NCBI GenBank assembly: GCA_963826505.1
Contig: CAWGXG010000001.1
Location: 354,406-418,405, forward strand
DNA length: 64,000 nucleotides
Source: an uncultured Chloroflexia bacterium
Lineage (GTDB): Bacteria; Chloroflexota; Anaerolineae; Aggregatilineales; Aggregatilineaceae
Reading direction: 5' to 3'
Part shown: positions 10,296 through 19,466 of the stretch, piece by piece
How the letters are laid out: the number at the start of each line of letters is the position of its first letter
Numbering within the stretch: position 1 is the stretch's first letter
Notes under the pieces: model-generated
The model's input: the letters and a program-made list of their open reading frames with translations, nothing else
Told to the model about the DNA's origin: nothing
Database searches by the model: none
Program-made: the position numbers and the translations under genes

Positions 10296-12014
10296 ATGGC
10301 ACCGCGTGGTCTGGCTAACCGGCTGACAGAATACGGCGACTCTGAGATGGCGCTGTATTTGCGGCGTTCGTTTGCCCGTTCGATGGGCTTCAGCTGTCAC
10401 GCCCTGGGCAAGCCGGTCGTCGGCATCGTGAATACCTTCAGCGAGCTGAACAACTGTCACCGTGGGCTGCGCGAGTTGGCCGAAGCCGTCAAGCGCGGCG
10501 TGTGGCAGGCCGGGGGTCTGCCGCTGGAATTCCCGGTGATCTCGCTGGGCGAAATGTTTCTCCATCCCACGAGCATGATGTATCGCAATCTGATGGCGAT
10601 GGACGTCGAAGCCATGCTGCGCGCCCAGCCGTTGGACGCGGTGGTGCTGTTGGGCGGCTGCGATAAGACGCTGCCCGCTCTGCTGATGGGAGCCGCCAGC
10701 GCGGGACTGCCCGCGATCGTGGTCGCCGCCGGGCCGATGCTGCCCGGCGATTACCAGGGGGAACGCGTCGGCGCGTGCACGGACTGTCGCCGTTTCTGGG
10801 CGCAGTACCGCCAGGGCACGATGGATGCCAGCACCATTCACCAGGTCGAGGGCGAGCTAGTCCCCACGGCTGGGACATGCGGTGTGATGGGCACGGCCAG
10901 CACCATGGCGTGCCTGGTCGAAGCCCTGGGCATGATGCTGCCCGGCGGGGCGAGTGTGCCCGCCGTTTACGCGGGCCGCCTGCGACACGGCGAGCTGAGC
11001 GGCTACCGGGCGGTCGAATTGGCGCACGAAAATCTGACGCCGGACCAGATCATGACGCCCGCCGCCTTCGATAATGCGCTGGTGGTCTTGCAGGCCATCG
11101 GCGGCTCGACCAACGCCATCATCCACCTGACGGCCCTGGCGGGGCGTCTCGGCCAGCGGCTCGACCTGGGGCGGCTGGATGCTTTCAGTGAGACGGTGCC
11201 GCTGCTGGTCGATCTCAAACCGTCCGGCCAGCATTACATGGCCGATTTCCACCGCGCGGGCGGAATGCCGGTCGTGCTGCAGGAACTCAAGCCGCACCTC
11301 CAGCCCGACGTCTGCACCGTGTCTGGCCTGATGCTCGGCGAAGTGATGGATCCGGCATACCAATACCCGGATTGGCAGGATGTGATCCGGCCCGCCGCGA
11401 ATCCGTTCCAACCGCGCGGCTCGCTGGTGGTGCTCAAGGGCAGCCTGTGCCCGGATGGGGCCGTGCTCAAACGCTCGGCGGCCAGCCCGGACCTGCTCAA
11501 AACGACCGGGCGGGCGGTAGTCTTCACCTCGCTGCAGGATCTCGCGGATCGCATCGACGCGCCCGATCTCGACGTGACTCCGCAGGATATTCTCGTCCTG
11601 CAAAACGCGGGGCCAATCGGCGCACCGGGCATGCCGGAAGCGGGCTGCCTGCCGATCCCCAAGAAACTGGCGGGCGTGCGCGACATGGTCCGCATTTCGG
11701 ACGCGCGTATGAGCGGCACGGCGTTTGGCACGGTGGTGCTGCATGTATCGCCCGAGGCCGCCGTCCAGGGACCATTGGGATTGGTGCGCGATGGCGATTC
11801 GATCACGCTGGATGTAGAACACCGCTCGCTCGATCTGCTGGTGACGGAGAGCGAGCTAGCGAGGCGGCGGGCAGATCATTCGCCCAGCCCTGCGCGGTTC
11901 ACGCGGGGTTATGAGCGGCTGTACGTCCAACACGTGCAGCAAGCCCATCTGGGCGCGGATTTTGACTTTTTGCAGCACGACGCGCTGTTGGCCAGCGCGG
12001 ACGAGGCACCTTGA
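10296..12014 (+). CDS. IlvD/EDD-family dehydratase (sugar-acid or dihydroxy-acid dehydratase type)
   Basis: 572 aa with CDKTLP, cluster-ligating Cys pattern and the TCGVMGTASTM region, typical of arabonate/xylonate/6-phosphogluconate dehydratases. Confidence 0.85.
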   Translation: MAPRGLANRLTEYGDSEMALYLRRSFARSMGFSCHALGKPVVGIVNTFSELNNCHRGLRELAEAVKRGVWQAGGLPLEFPVISLGEMFLHPTSMMYRNLMAMDVEAMLRAQPLDAVVLLGGCDKTLPALLMGAASAGLPAIVVAAGPMLPGDYQGERVGACTDCRRFWAQYRQGTMDASTIHQVEGELVPTAGTCGVMGTASTMACLVEALGMMLPGGASVPAVYAGRLRHGELSGYRAVELAHENLTPDQIMTPAAFDNALVVLQAIGGSTNAIIHLTALAGRLGQRLDLGRLDAFSETVPLLVDLKPSGQHYMADFHRAGGMPVVLQELKPHLQPDVCTVSGLMLGEVMDPAYQYPDWQDVIRPAANPFQPRGSLVVLKGSLCPDGAVLKRSAASPDLLKTTGRAVVFTSLQDLADRIDAPDLDVTPQDILVLQNAGPIGAPGMPEAGCLPIPKKLAGVRDMVRISDARMSGTAFGTVVLHVSPEAAVQGPLGLVRDGDSITLDVEHRSLDLLVTESELARRRADHSPSPARFTRGYERLYVQHVQQAHLGADFDFLQHDALLASADEAP

Positions 12015-12291
12015 AAACAGTCTGAACGCGGCACGGGCTGATGCCTGTATAACGCGCTTAGTGACGTCGCAGCACGCGCATAGTCGATGATCGGATTGGC
12101 TGGTGTTTCTCTGGCAGGCTGCCCGGCAACGGGTGACCGGCCCTGGTAGAAGGAGGTGGCATTAGCGACAGCCGGTAGCAGGCTCTAGTCGTGCGAGGAC
12201 CGTACACCGGCAGCCCAAAAGGTGTTACAAACCCGTTCAGGCAGGTAGAGCTACCCAAACGAATGATAAGTTCCAGGAGAGAAAAAACATA

Positions 12292-13551
12292 ATGTCCAAG
12301 AAACGCCTCATTCATTTAGTGATTTTGACCGCGATCTTGTTGTCGTTCAATGCTATGGCCGTCAGCGCGCAGAGCGGGATCAGCATCGTACACTACTTCA
12401 GCGATGCTCTCGGCCAGCAGACTATGGGCGAAATCCTCGATGGTTTCAACGCCGCCAATCCGGATTATAAAGTCGAGGACAACTCCGCCGGGCACGAGGA
12501 CTTCAAGACGCAAATCCTGGTGACGATTGCCGGTGATAATCCTCCGGACATCTTCTCCTACTGGGCCGGTGCCCGCACGCAGTTCATCGTGGATGCTGAT
12601 CGCCTGATGCCGCTGGATGATTTCTGGGCCGCGAACAATCTGGACGACTTCATTCCGGCTGGCGTCAAGTCTGCCGCCGTCTACAACGACCATATCTACA
12701 ACATCCCGATGAACGTCCACATCATCGGCTTCTTCTATAACCCCAAAGTCATGGAAGCGGCTGGAATCATGGCCATGCCCACCACCTGGGACGACTTCAT
12801 CGCCATGTGCGAAACCCTGAAGGCGTCCGGCGTGACCCCGATCGCGCTCGGCTCGAGCAATCGCTGGCCCGCGCAATACTGGTTTGACTACACCATCTCG
12901 CGCACCGCTGGCCCCGAATATCGCCAGAAACTGATGGCCGGTGAAGCCAAATACACCGATCCCGAAGTTGAGACCGCGATGGGCTACTGGAAACAACTGA
13001 CGGACGCCGGGTACTTTGTCCCGGATGCCAATGCCTATGACTGGGACGTGGCCGCCAACATGGTCGCGAACGGCGATGCCGCTATGACCCTGATGGGCAC
13101 CTGGATCACCGGTCTGTGGAACGGCAACGGCCTGGAGCCGATCACCGATTACGACTTCTTCCCGTTCCCGGTCATCAACCCTGATGTGCCGATGGTCGCG
13201 CATGGCTCGATCGACGGCTGGGTTGTCCCGCAGAGCGCCAAGAATCCTGCGGGCGCGGAAGCCCTGTTGAACTGGTTCCTCAGCCCTGAGATTCAGCAGA
13301 AGTGGGCGTTGGGCCAGGGTGCACTCGCGGCCTCGACCGCCATCGACACGTCGGCTTACTCGCCGGTGATGGCGAAGGCAGCGCAGCACCTGTCTGAGGT
13401 CGAGTTCCTGAGCGGCTATGATCTTTCGACCACGCCGCCCATGGCCGAAGGTGGCCTGGACATGTTCGCCATGTTCATGAACGATCCTTCTGGCTTCAAG
13501 GATTACCTGCAGGAAACGCAGGCGATTGCTGACGACGTGTTCGGAAGCTAA
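12292..13551 (+). CDS. ABC transporter substrate-binding protein (family-1 sugar SBP), secreted
   Basis: Signal peptide MSKKRLIHLVILTAILLSFNAMAVSAQS and strong SD AGGAGAGAAAAAAC. 419 aa. Confidence 0.85.
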   Translation: MSKKRLIHLVILTAILLSFNAMAVSAQSGISIVHYFSDALGQQTMGEILDGFNAANPDYKVEDNSAGHEDFKTQILVTIAGDNPPDIFSYWAGARTQFIVDADRLMPLDDFWAANNLDDFIPAGVKSAAVYNDHIYNIPMNVHIIGFFYNPKVMEAAGIMAMPTTWDDFIAMCETLKASGVTPIALGSSNRWPAQYWFDYTISRTAGPEYRQKLMAGEAKYTDPEVETAMGYWKQLTDAGYFVPDANAYDWDVAANMVANGDAAMTLMGTWITGLWNGNGLEPITDYDFFPFPVINPDVPMVAHGSIDGWVVPQSAKNPAGAEALLNWFLSPEIQQKWALGQGALAASTAIDTSAYSPVMAKAAQHLSEVEFLSGYDLSTTPPMAEGGLDMFAMFMNDPSGFKDYLQETQAIADDVFGS

Positions 13552-13574
13552 CGTTTGATCGTATACTGAGCGTA

Positions 13575-13610
13575 CCTGGGGCAGGGCTTGTCCTGCCCCA
13601 GGTACTTTTG
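13575..13610 (+). terminator. intra-operon hairpin/attenuator after SBP gene (12-bp perfect stem ACCTGGGGCAGG/CCTGCCCCAGGT + ACTTTT)
   Basis: Seen directly in the sequence. Attenuators after SBP genes commonly elevate SBP transcript relative to the permease genes. Confidence 0.45.
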
Positions 13611-13664
13611 AGTTATGCCGTTAACACGCTCTGGACCTCTCTGGGCGGCTGGGAGACATAATAG

Positions 13665-14546
13665 GTGACCCGAGAACGACGGATGTGGGCTTTTCTATTC
13701 CTGGTAGTGCCGGTCAGTATCTATCTGATCGTGGTGATCTACCCGCTGCTGTCCTCGTTTTACTTCAGCTTCACCGATTGGAATGGATTTAGCGCACATT
13801 ACAAATTTGTAGGTTTAGATAACTTTAAGCGGATGAAGACTGATCGCTTGTTTCGCAACGCCATCGAAAATACGGTTGTGTGGACGATCGCCGCGGTGGT
13901 TCTGCCGACGGTGGGTGGGCTGCTGCTCGCGCTGGCACTCCACGAACGGGGCATTTTGTCCCGACTATACAAGTCGCTGTTTTACCTCCCGATCTGCCTG
14001 TCGCTGGTGGTGATCGGCCAGGTGTGGATTTGGATTTACCAACCCGGGTTCGGGCTGTTGAACGTCTTTCTGGATAACGCCGGGTTGAGCAGTCTGTCGC
14101 GCGCCTGGTTGGCCAAACCCGATACCGCCCTGGGGTCGGTCATCGCGGCCTGGACATGGCAGCAAATCGCGCTGGCGATGGTCATCTTTCTGGCCGGGCT
14201 CACGGCTGTGCCCAAGGAACTGACCGAGGCCGCCGAGATTGACGGGGCGGGATATTGGCGGACGGTCCGTCACATCGTGATTCCGCTGCTGCGCCCGGCG
14301 TCGATCGTCGTGATCGCGCTGGCGGTGATTAACTCGCTCAAAAGCTTCGACATTCTTTACATGATGACCAAAGGTGGCCCGTTCCACTCGTCCGACAATC
14401 TGGCCATGATGATGTACAACGAATCATTTCAGAAATACCGCATGGGCTACGGCAGCGCGGTCGCGGTGGTGCTGTTCATAATCACGCTGGTGGTCATCAC
14501 GTTCTATTTCCGTCAACAACGTGGGCTGGAGCAACTCTATGACTGA
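13665..14546 (+). CDS. ABC sugar transporter permease (MalF/UgpA-like)
   Basis: Six TM helices and EAA-like loop AAEIDGAGYWRT. GTG start. Confidence 0.8.
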   Translation: MTRERRMWAFLFLVVPVSIYLIVVIYPLLSSFYFSFTDWNGFSAHYKFVGLDNFKRMKTDRLFRNAIENTVVWTIAAVVLPTVGGLLLALALHERGILSRLYKSLFYLPICLSLVVIGQVWIWIYQPGFGLLNVFLDNAGLSSLSRAWLAKPDTALGSVIAAWTWQQIALAMVIFLAGLTAVPKELTEAAEIDGAGYWRTVRHIVIPLLRPASIVVIALAVINSLKSFDILYMMTKGGPFHSSDNLAMMMYNESFQKYRMGYGSAVAVVLFIITLVVITFYFRQQRGLEQLYD

Positions 14547-15426
14547 AGCAACACGCGCCGCAGCGCTGCACGCGCCTTCGAACGCGGCTCGCGTACCGGC
14601 TTCGCGTCGGATACGTACGGTGGTCTTGTATGTCTTGCTCACGCTGCTGTTGGTGATCTATTCACTGCCCAGCCTGGGCGTTGTACTGACGTCACTGAAA
14701 TCCAACGCGGAGATCGCACGCGAGGGCGTGTGGAATCTGCCGGACAACGTGAGTTTCCAGAACTTCCACGATGCCTGGGTAGAAGGCAAGGCAGGGAAGT
14801 ACATCGTCAACTCGCTCAAGGTCACGATCCCGGCCACGCTCGTGTCGATCATGCTCGGCATTCTGACCGGCTATACCCTGGCCAAGCTGGCCTTTCGCGG
14901 CAGCGAGTACCTGTTTATTTTCCTGGTGGCCGGGCTGTTCATCCCGCCGCAAGTCGTGATGATCCCGCTGTTCCGCCTGTTCAACAGTTGGGGGCTGTAC
15001 GACACGCTGTGGCCGATGATTATCGTGCATATTGGGTTCGGAATCCCGATCTGCACGCTGGTGATGAAGAACTTTTTCGCCACGATCCCGACCGCGATCC
15101 GCGAGGCGGCCATCATCGACGGCGCGAACGAGCTGATGGTCCTGGTGCGGGTGATGGTCCCGCTGTCCCTGCCGTCGATGGCGGTCCTGGCGACGCTTCA
15201 GTTCACGTGGATTTGGAACGATTTCCTGTGGCCGGTCATCTTCACCCGCTCGGACTCGGCGCGGACGATCATGTTCGGGCTGGCGTCATTGCGCGGGCAG
15301 TACAGCGTGGCTTATGGCACGCAGTCGGCGATGGCGGTGTTTGCCAGCATCCCGACGCTGCTCATTTTCATCTTCTTCCAGAAGTATTTCATCCGCGGCC
15401 TGACGCTTGGCTCGGTGAAGGGCTAA
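14539..15426 (+). CDS. ABC sugar transporter permease (MalG/UgpE-like)
   Basis: 8-bp overlap with the preceding permease gene. EAA loop AAIIDGANELMVLVRVMVP. Confidence 0.8.
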   Translation: MTEATRAAALHAPSNAARVPASRRIRTVVLYVLLTLLLVIYSLPSLGVVLTSLKSNAEIAREGVWNLPDNVSFQNFHDAWVEGKAGKYIVNSLKVTIPATLVSIMLGILTGYTLAKLAFRGSEYLFIFLVAGLFIPPQVVMIPLFRLFNSWGLYDTLWPMIIVHIGFGIPICTLVMKNFFATIPTAIREAAIIDGANELMVLVRVMVPLSLPSMAVLATLQFTWIWNDFLWPVIFTRSDSARTIMFGLASLRGQYSVAYGTQSAMAVFASIPTLLIFIFFQKYFIRGLTLGSVKG

Positions 15427-15431
15427 GCCCC

Positions 15432-15848
15432 TCAGGTCAGGAACAGGCGCAGATCGCCGTCGCTATCCTCTTCGACGCGCAGGGCGGGCAGTGCTTGCTT
15501 GGCGGGGCCGTGTAGGAGGTTGCCGGACGAGTCGTAGCGCGAGCCGTGACACGGGCAGACGAACCCGCTGCCCTTCTGTTCGACGGTGCAGCCCAGGTGG
15601 GTACACACCAAACTCACTGCGGAAAAACCGTCTTCGTCGTGGATCAGCACGGCTGGGACGTCCGGCAGCAGCGTATGCGTCCCGAGCGGGTACTCCTGGG
15701 CAGCACCCAGGTCGATATCGGTTGGGGCGCTCAATTCCGCCTGAAACCCCAGGAAGCGGACCAATCCATCCAGGCTGAGCAGACCGCTCACCGCTAGCAG
15801 GGCGGTGGTGGTCATCTTCAAAACATCACGGCGGCGATATTCAGACAT
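15432..15848 (-). CDS. Rieske [2Fe-2S] protein with Tat signal (subunit of a cytochrome bc-type complex)
   Basis: RRRDVL twin-arginine motif. Rieske boxes CTHLGC and CPCHGS. Confidence 0.85.
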   Translation of the reverse strand: MSEYRRRDVLKMTTTALLAVSGLLSLDGLVRFLGFQAELSAPTDIDLGAAQEYPLGTHTLLPDVPAVLIHDEDGFSAVSLVCTHLGCTVEQKGSGFVCPCHGSRYDSSGNLLHGPAKQALPALRVEEDSDGDLRLFLT

Positions 15849-15901
15849 AAGCGCTCACATCATCCTTCGAACTGTCCCAAGTTAACGATTTCCATCAACT
15901 C

Positions 15902-17149
15902 CTAGCGTTCCACGGCATGGCATGCATGGCAATACTGCGAATTCTGCTGCTGCGGGTCCTGCTGGCATTGCGTACCCATCACCGGGCGGAAGGTGAACGT
16001 CTGACCGGTGGCTTTGCCGGTGAGCGTGTAGGTGCCGTCCGGCAGAACGCGCGTGTTCCACAGCGGCTCGCCCTGCTCGGTGGCGAGGATCACGTCGCCG
16101 ACCTGGAGCTCCACGACTGGGTTGAGAAAGGCCAGCTTGACGGCGAGCTCGTCCTCGCTGGCGATGGTGTAGGTTTGCGGCAGCTCGGTCAGCGTGCCGT
16201 GACACGTTTTGCACTGCACATATTGGATGTCGCCCATGCTGGAATGAATATCGCCGTCGCCCATGACCTCGACGCGCGTGTGGCAGTCGATGCAGTCCAG
16301 CGTCCATTCGCAGCGGGTGAACTGGGCGATCGGCTGGTAATAGTCGTGCAAGCGATCGGTGGGCGTGTCGCTGCGTGGCTCAAAGGTCATCGAGCGCAAA
16401 TCATAGTTGCCCCGGTTGTGGCACGTGTTGCACTGTGTGTACGGAATGGCGGTCGTCAGGTGGTGGATCTGACCTTCGGGCGCGCTGGTGATGTCGGGCG
16501 TGTGGCAAGCCGCGCAGCCGGTCAGACGCGCGAACGCGTCGCCATCCGGAGGTTCAGCGCCGATGTGGCAGGTGAGGCAGTTTTCGCCAAACAGGTGGAC
16601 CGATGGGTTGGACATTTGTGAGACATCAAGCGCGGCGAGTGCGGCGACACCGGTGCTCGTCGTGACGTCATCATCGGCCACAGCGTAAACGCCGAATTGG
16701 GCGGTCAGGCTGGGCTGCGCGCCGAACGTGTACAGTATATTTGCGATCGCCCCGGCGTAAGTCGCCTGGACGCTGGTCGTCACGCGCTGGATGTGATCCT
16801 GATACTCCTGTGGGCTGCCGCTGTGACAGTTGCCGCCGCCACAGGATTGTTCGACCACGGTCAGATCGGAGGGATTCGCGCCGCCGCGCAGGGTGCTGTG
16901 CGCCAGATCGGCGTTGAGCGCCAGCCGTTCGCCGCCGTGACACACCACGCAGCCAAAGGTCTCGACCGGATGCGCGGCGCTGATTTCGGGTAGATCGCCG
17001 TGACAGGTGAGGCAGTATTCGGCTTCGCCGGTCAGCGTGGGAGTCAGCGCCACCGGCCGGGTGCGCCGCGCCTCGACCCACCAGGCCAGTAGCAAGGCTC
17101 CCAACAGCAGGGCGGCAGCGAGTACGATCGAGCGGCGCGGCGTCATCAT
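15902..17149 (-). CDS. membrane-anchored multiheme c-type cytochrome (nine heme-binding motifs incl. one CX4CH)
   Basis: Eight CXXCH motifs plus CGGGNCH. N-terminal signal anchor MMTPRRSIVLAAALLLGALLLAWW. The ATGA start overlaps the cytochrome b stop. Confidence 0.8.
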   Translation of the reverse strand: MMTPRRSIVLAAALLLGALLLAWWVEARRTRPVALTPTLTGEAEYCLTCHGDLPEISAAHPVETFGCVVCHGGERLALNADLAHSTLRGGANPSDLTVVEQSCGGGNCHSGSPQEYQDHIQRVTTSVQATYAGAIANILYTFGAQPSLTAQFGVYAVADDDVTTSTGVAALAALDVSQMSNPSVHLFGENCLTCHIGAEPPDGDAFARLTGCAACHTPDITSAPEGQIHHLTTAIPYTQCNTCHNRGNYDLRSMTFEPRSDTPTDRLHDYYQPIAQFTRCEWTLDCIDCHTRVEVMGDGDIHSSMGDIQYVQCKTCHGTLTELPQTYTIASEDELAVKLAFLNPVVELQVGDVILATEQGEPLWNTRVLPDGTYTLTGKATGQTFTFRPVMGTQCQQDPQQQNSQYCHACHAVER

Positions 17150-18183
17150 GCTCCACCTGACAGCCAGGCGAGCAGCGTCAAGGCCAGCACCAGCACGCCG
17201 ATCGCGGACAGAATCAACTGCGCCAACCGGTTTGACTTGGGAAACCAGCGCCCCAGCTCGCGTTCGTCGGGCGGGGGGAGCAGGTAAGGAATAGCCGCCA
17301 GCACGGCCAGCACGGCCAGCGGAGCCAGCACGCCCCACACGAACGGATCGCCCCAGGTGAGCATGCGCTGCACCCACAGAAAAAACCACGGGGCGCGCAC
17401 GTCGCCGGAAACGGCGGAAAGCTCCGTGATCGGCGCGGCAATTGGGGCGGGGGCGAAGCTGGCCGTGAGAATCAGCGCGGCGCTGGTCATCAACATGGCG
17501 AATGCTTCGCGGCGCACCAGCTCGACGCGCGTGATCCGCGCGCGATCGGAGCGCAGCGCCGGGGGCGGCACGGCGATTCCGCCGTCACGCCGCACGCGGA
17601 ACAGGTGCCAGCCCATGATCAGCACGGCGATTAGCATCAGGCCGAAGATGTGCCAGGCGTAGAAGCGGGTCAACGTGGCAGGGCCGGGCCGCGATCCGCC
17701 CACGACAATGGCATGCAGGCTGTCGCCGATAGCGGGAATGGTCTTGAGCAGATTGGTGCCGACCACCAGCGCCCACTGAATACCCTGGTCCCAACGCAGA
17801 ACGTAACCGGTGAAATTCAGCAGAACGGCCAGCACGAACAGCGCCAGTCCTAACAGCGCGTTGAAGCGGCGCGGCGGACCGTACGCGCCGGTGAACACGA
17901 CCCGCACCAGATGAACCGCCATCACGATCATCAGGAATTGGGCCGCCCAGTAGTGCAGGTTGCGCACCAGTCCGCCCAGGGCCACGTGATAGGTGATGGT
18001 CTGGATCGAGAGCGCGGCCTGATCGGGCGTGGGCGTGTAATAGAACATCTCCAGCGCGCCCGTGACGATCAGCACCAGCACCAGAAAGACGGCGATCCCG
18101 CCCGCGCCCAGAGTGTAACGCCACCGCGCTTGTTGGGCTGGGAGAGTGGGTGGGTGCAGGTGATAGAAGAAGTTTGGGCGCAT
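17146..18183 (-). CDS. cytochrome b (b6 + subunit IV fused type) of a Rieske/cyt b complex
   Basis: Four conserved heme-ligand His in helices B and D (HYWAAQF..AVHLVRV; FYAWHIFG..GWHLF). 345 aa polytopic membrane protein. Confidence 0.8.
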   Translation of the reverse strand: MRPNFFYHLHPPTLPAQQARWRYTLGAGGIAVFLVLVLIVTGALEMFYYTPTPDQAALSIQTITYHVALGGLVRNLHYWAAQFLMIVMAVHLVRVVFTGAYGPPRRFNALLGLALFVLAVLLNFTGYVLRWDQGIQWALVVGTNLLKTIPAIGDSLHAIVVGGSRPGPATLTRFYAWHIFGLMLIAVLIMGWHLFRVRRDGGIAVPPPALRSDRARITRVELVRREAFAMLMTSAALILTASFAPAPIAAPITELSAVSGDVRAPWFFLWVQRMLTWGDPFVWGVLAPLAVLAVLAAIPYLLPPPDERELGRWFPKSNRLAQLILSAIGVLVLALTLLAWLSGGA

Positions 18184-18260
18184 GGTGACCGCGTATGGTG
18201 AACGGGGTGGTGAAGACCCCCGTCCCGTTGGAACGAGGGTCTTTTCAGGTAGTGGGTGGA

Positions 18261-19466
18261 TCAGCCCGCAGTCGGTGCTTCGACCGCCGCGCGGATGTCT
18301 TCGCGCGGTGTGGGCTGCGCCAGGGATTTCCTGGCGGCGACGGTTTCTTCATAAACCGGGAAGTAGCGTGCCACCAGACTATACACGGTGACCAGTCCGG
18401 ACACAACGCCCAACAGGATCGCCACTTCCATCCAGTGGGGGTGATAGGTCTGGCCGTCGACCGGTTTCATACCGAACCAGGTCACGTCAAAGCGGTTCAG
18501 GATCACGCCGCCCATGACCAGGAACGCGCCCAACATCGACGCCAGCCGGTTGTGCCGCACATAGTCCAGCGCGAACAGGCTGATCGGGATCATGACCCCA
18601 ATCACCAACTCGGTCCAGAACAGGACGCTGTACGTCCCGCTGTTGAACAACAGGTCTAGCTCGTTCGCGATGATCAACTCACCGAATTTCAGGACGAGAT
18701 AGAAGCCCAAAATCCAGGGCAGGAACCAGCCCAACGTCGCGAGCGTTTTGGTGCTCAGCGTGCGCCCAAACATCCAATAGCTGACCGTTGCTCCCGCGAT
18801 GACCATCGAAATCCCGGCGGCCAGCGAGCTGATCAGGAAGAAGACCGGCAGCAGCATCGAATGCCACAAAGGGTGCAGGCGGGGTGACATGATTACAAAC
18901 ATCGTGCCCAGCGAGGACTGGTGCATGGTGGACAGTGTCACGCCCACGATGACGATCGGAATGACATATTTCTTGATGGTGGGTAGCAGCCAGCTCCAAC
19001 GCGATTTTTCCAGCAGCACCGGGCTCAGCTCATATGTCAGGATCATCGAGTAGGCGGCGATGCACCAGCTCACTTCGAGCAGGGCGGAGCTGAAGTTGGG
19101 GTGGAAGAACACGTTGTAGAAGCGGTCCCAGCGCCCCAGGTCGAATAGCAAAATCACCAGCACGGAGCTGTAGCCCAGCAGCCCGGCCAGCACCGTCGGG
19201 CGAACCGCCGCGTGCAGGCTCTCGAACTGGAAGACATAGACCAGCGCGGCCAGCGTGAAGGCGCCGCCAGACAGCGCCACCGTCGCCAGGTCGAAGCTAA
19301 TCCAGATGCCCCACGGAAAAGCTTTGCTCAGGTTGGTGGTCGAGCCCAACCCGGCATACATACGATAAAGGCCGATGCCCAGGCCGAAGGCGGTGAACGC
19401 CACCAACACATAGATGAACTTCGGCATGGTACGCAGTTCGTGAGATAGTTTTCTCAGCGTAGTCAT
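18261..19466 (-). CDS. NrfD/PsrC-family quinol-interacting membrane anchor of a molybdopterin oxidoreductase
   Basis: 401-aa polytopic membrane protein with NrfD/PsrC/DmsC-like topology. Immediately downstream of the FeS subunit (4-bp overlap). Confidence 0.8.
   Translation of the reverse strand: MTTLRKLSHELRTMPKFIYVLVAFTAFGLGIGLYRMYAGLGSTTNLSKAFPWGIWISFDLATVALSGGAFTLAALVYVFQFESLHAAVRPTVLAGLLGYSSVLVILLFDLGRWDRFYNVFFHPNFSSALLEVSWCIAAYSMILTYELSPVLLEKSRWSWLLPTIKKYVIPIVIVGVTLSTMHQSSLGTMFVIMSPRLHPLWHSMLLPVFFLISSLAAGISMVIAGATVSYWMFGRTLSTKTLATLGWFLPWILGFYLVLKFGELIIANELDLLFNSGTYSVLFWTELVIGVMIPISLFALDYVRHNRLASMLGAFLVMGGVILNRFDVTWFGMKPVDGQTYHPHWMEVAILLGVVSGLVTVYSLVARYFPVYEETVAARKSLAQPTPREDIRAAVEAPTAG

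Noticed and set aside
10857-11822. Long antisense ORFs inside the IlvD/EDD gene (also 11234..11806, 11372..11914)
   Set aside because: GC-frame artefacts. The sense frame carries all dehydratase motifs.
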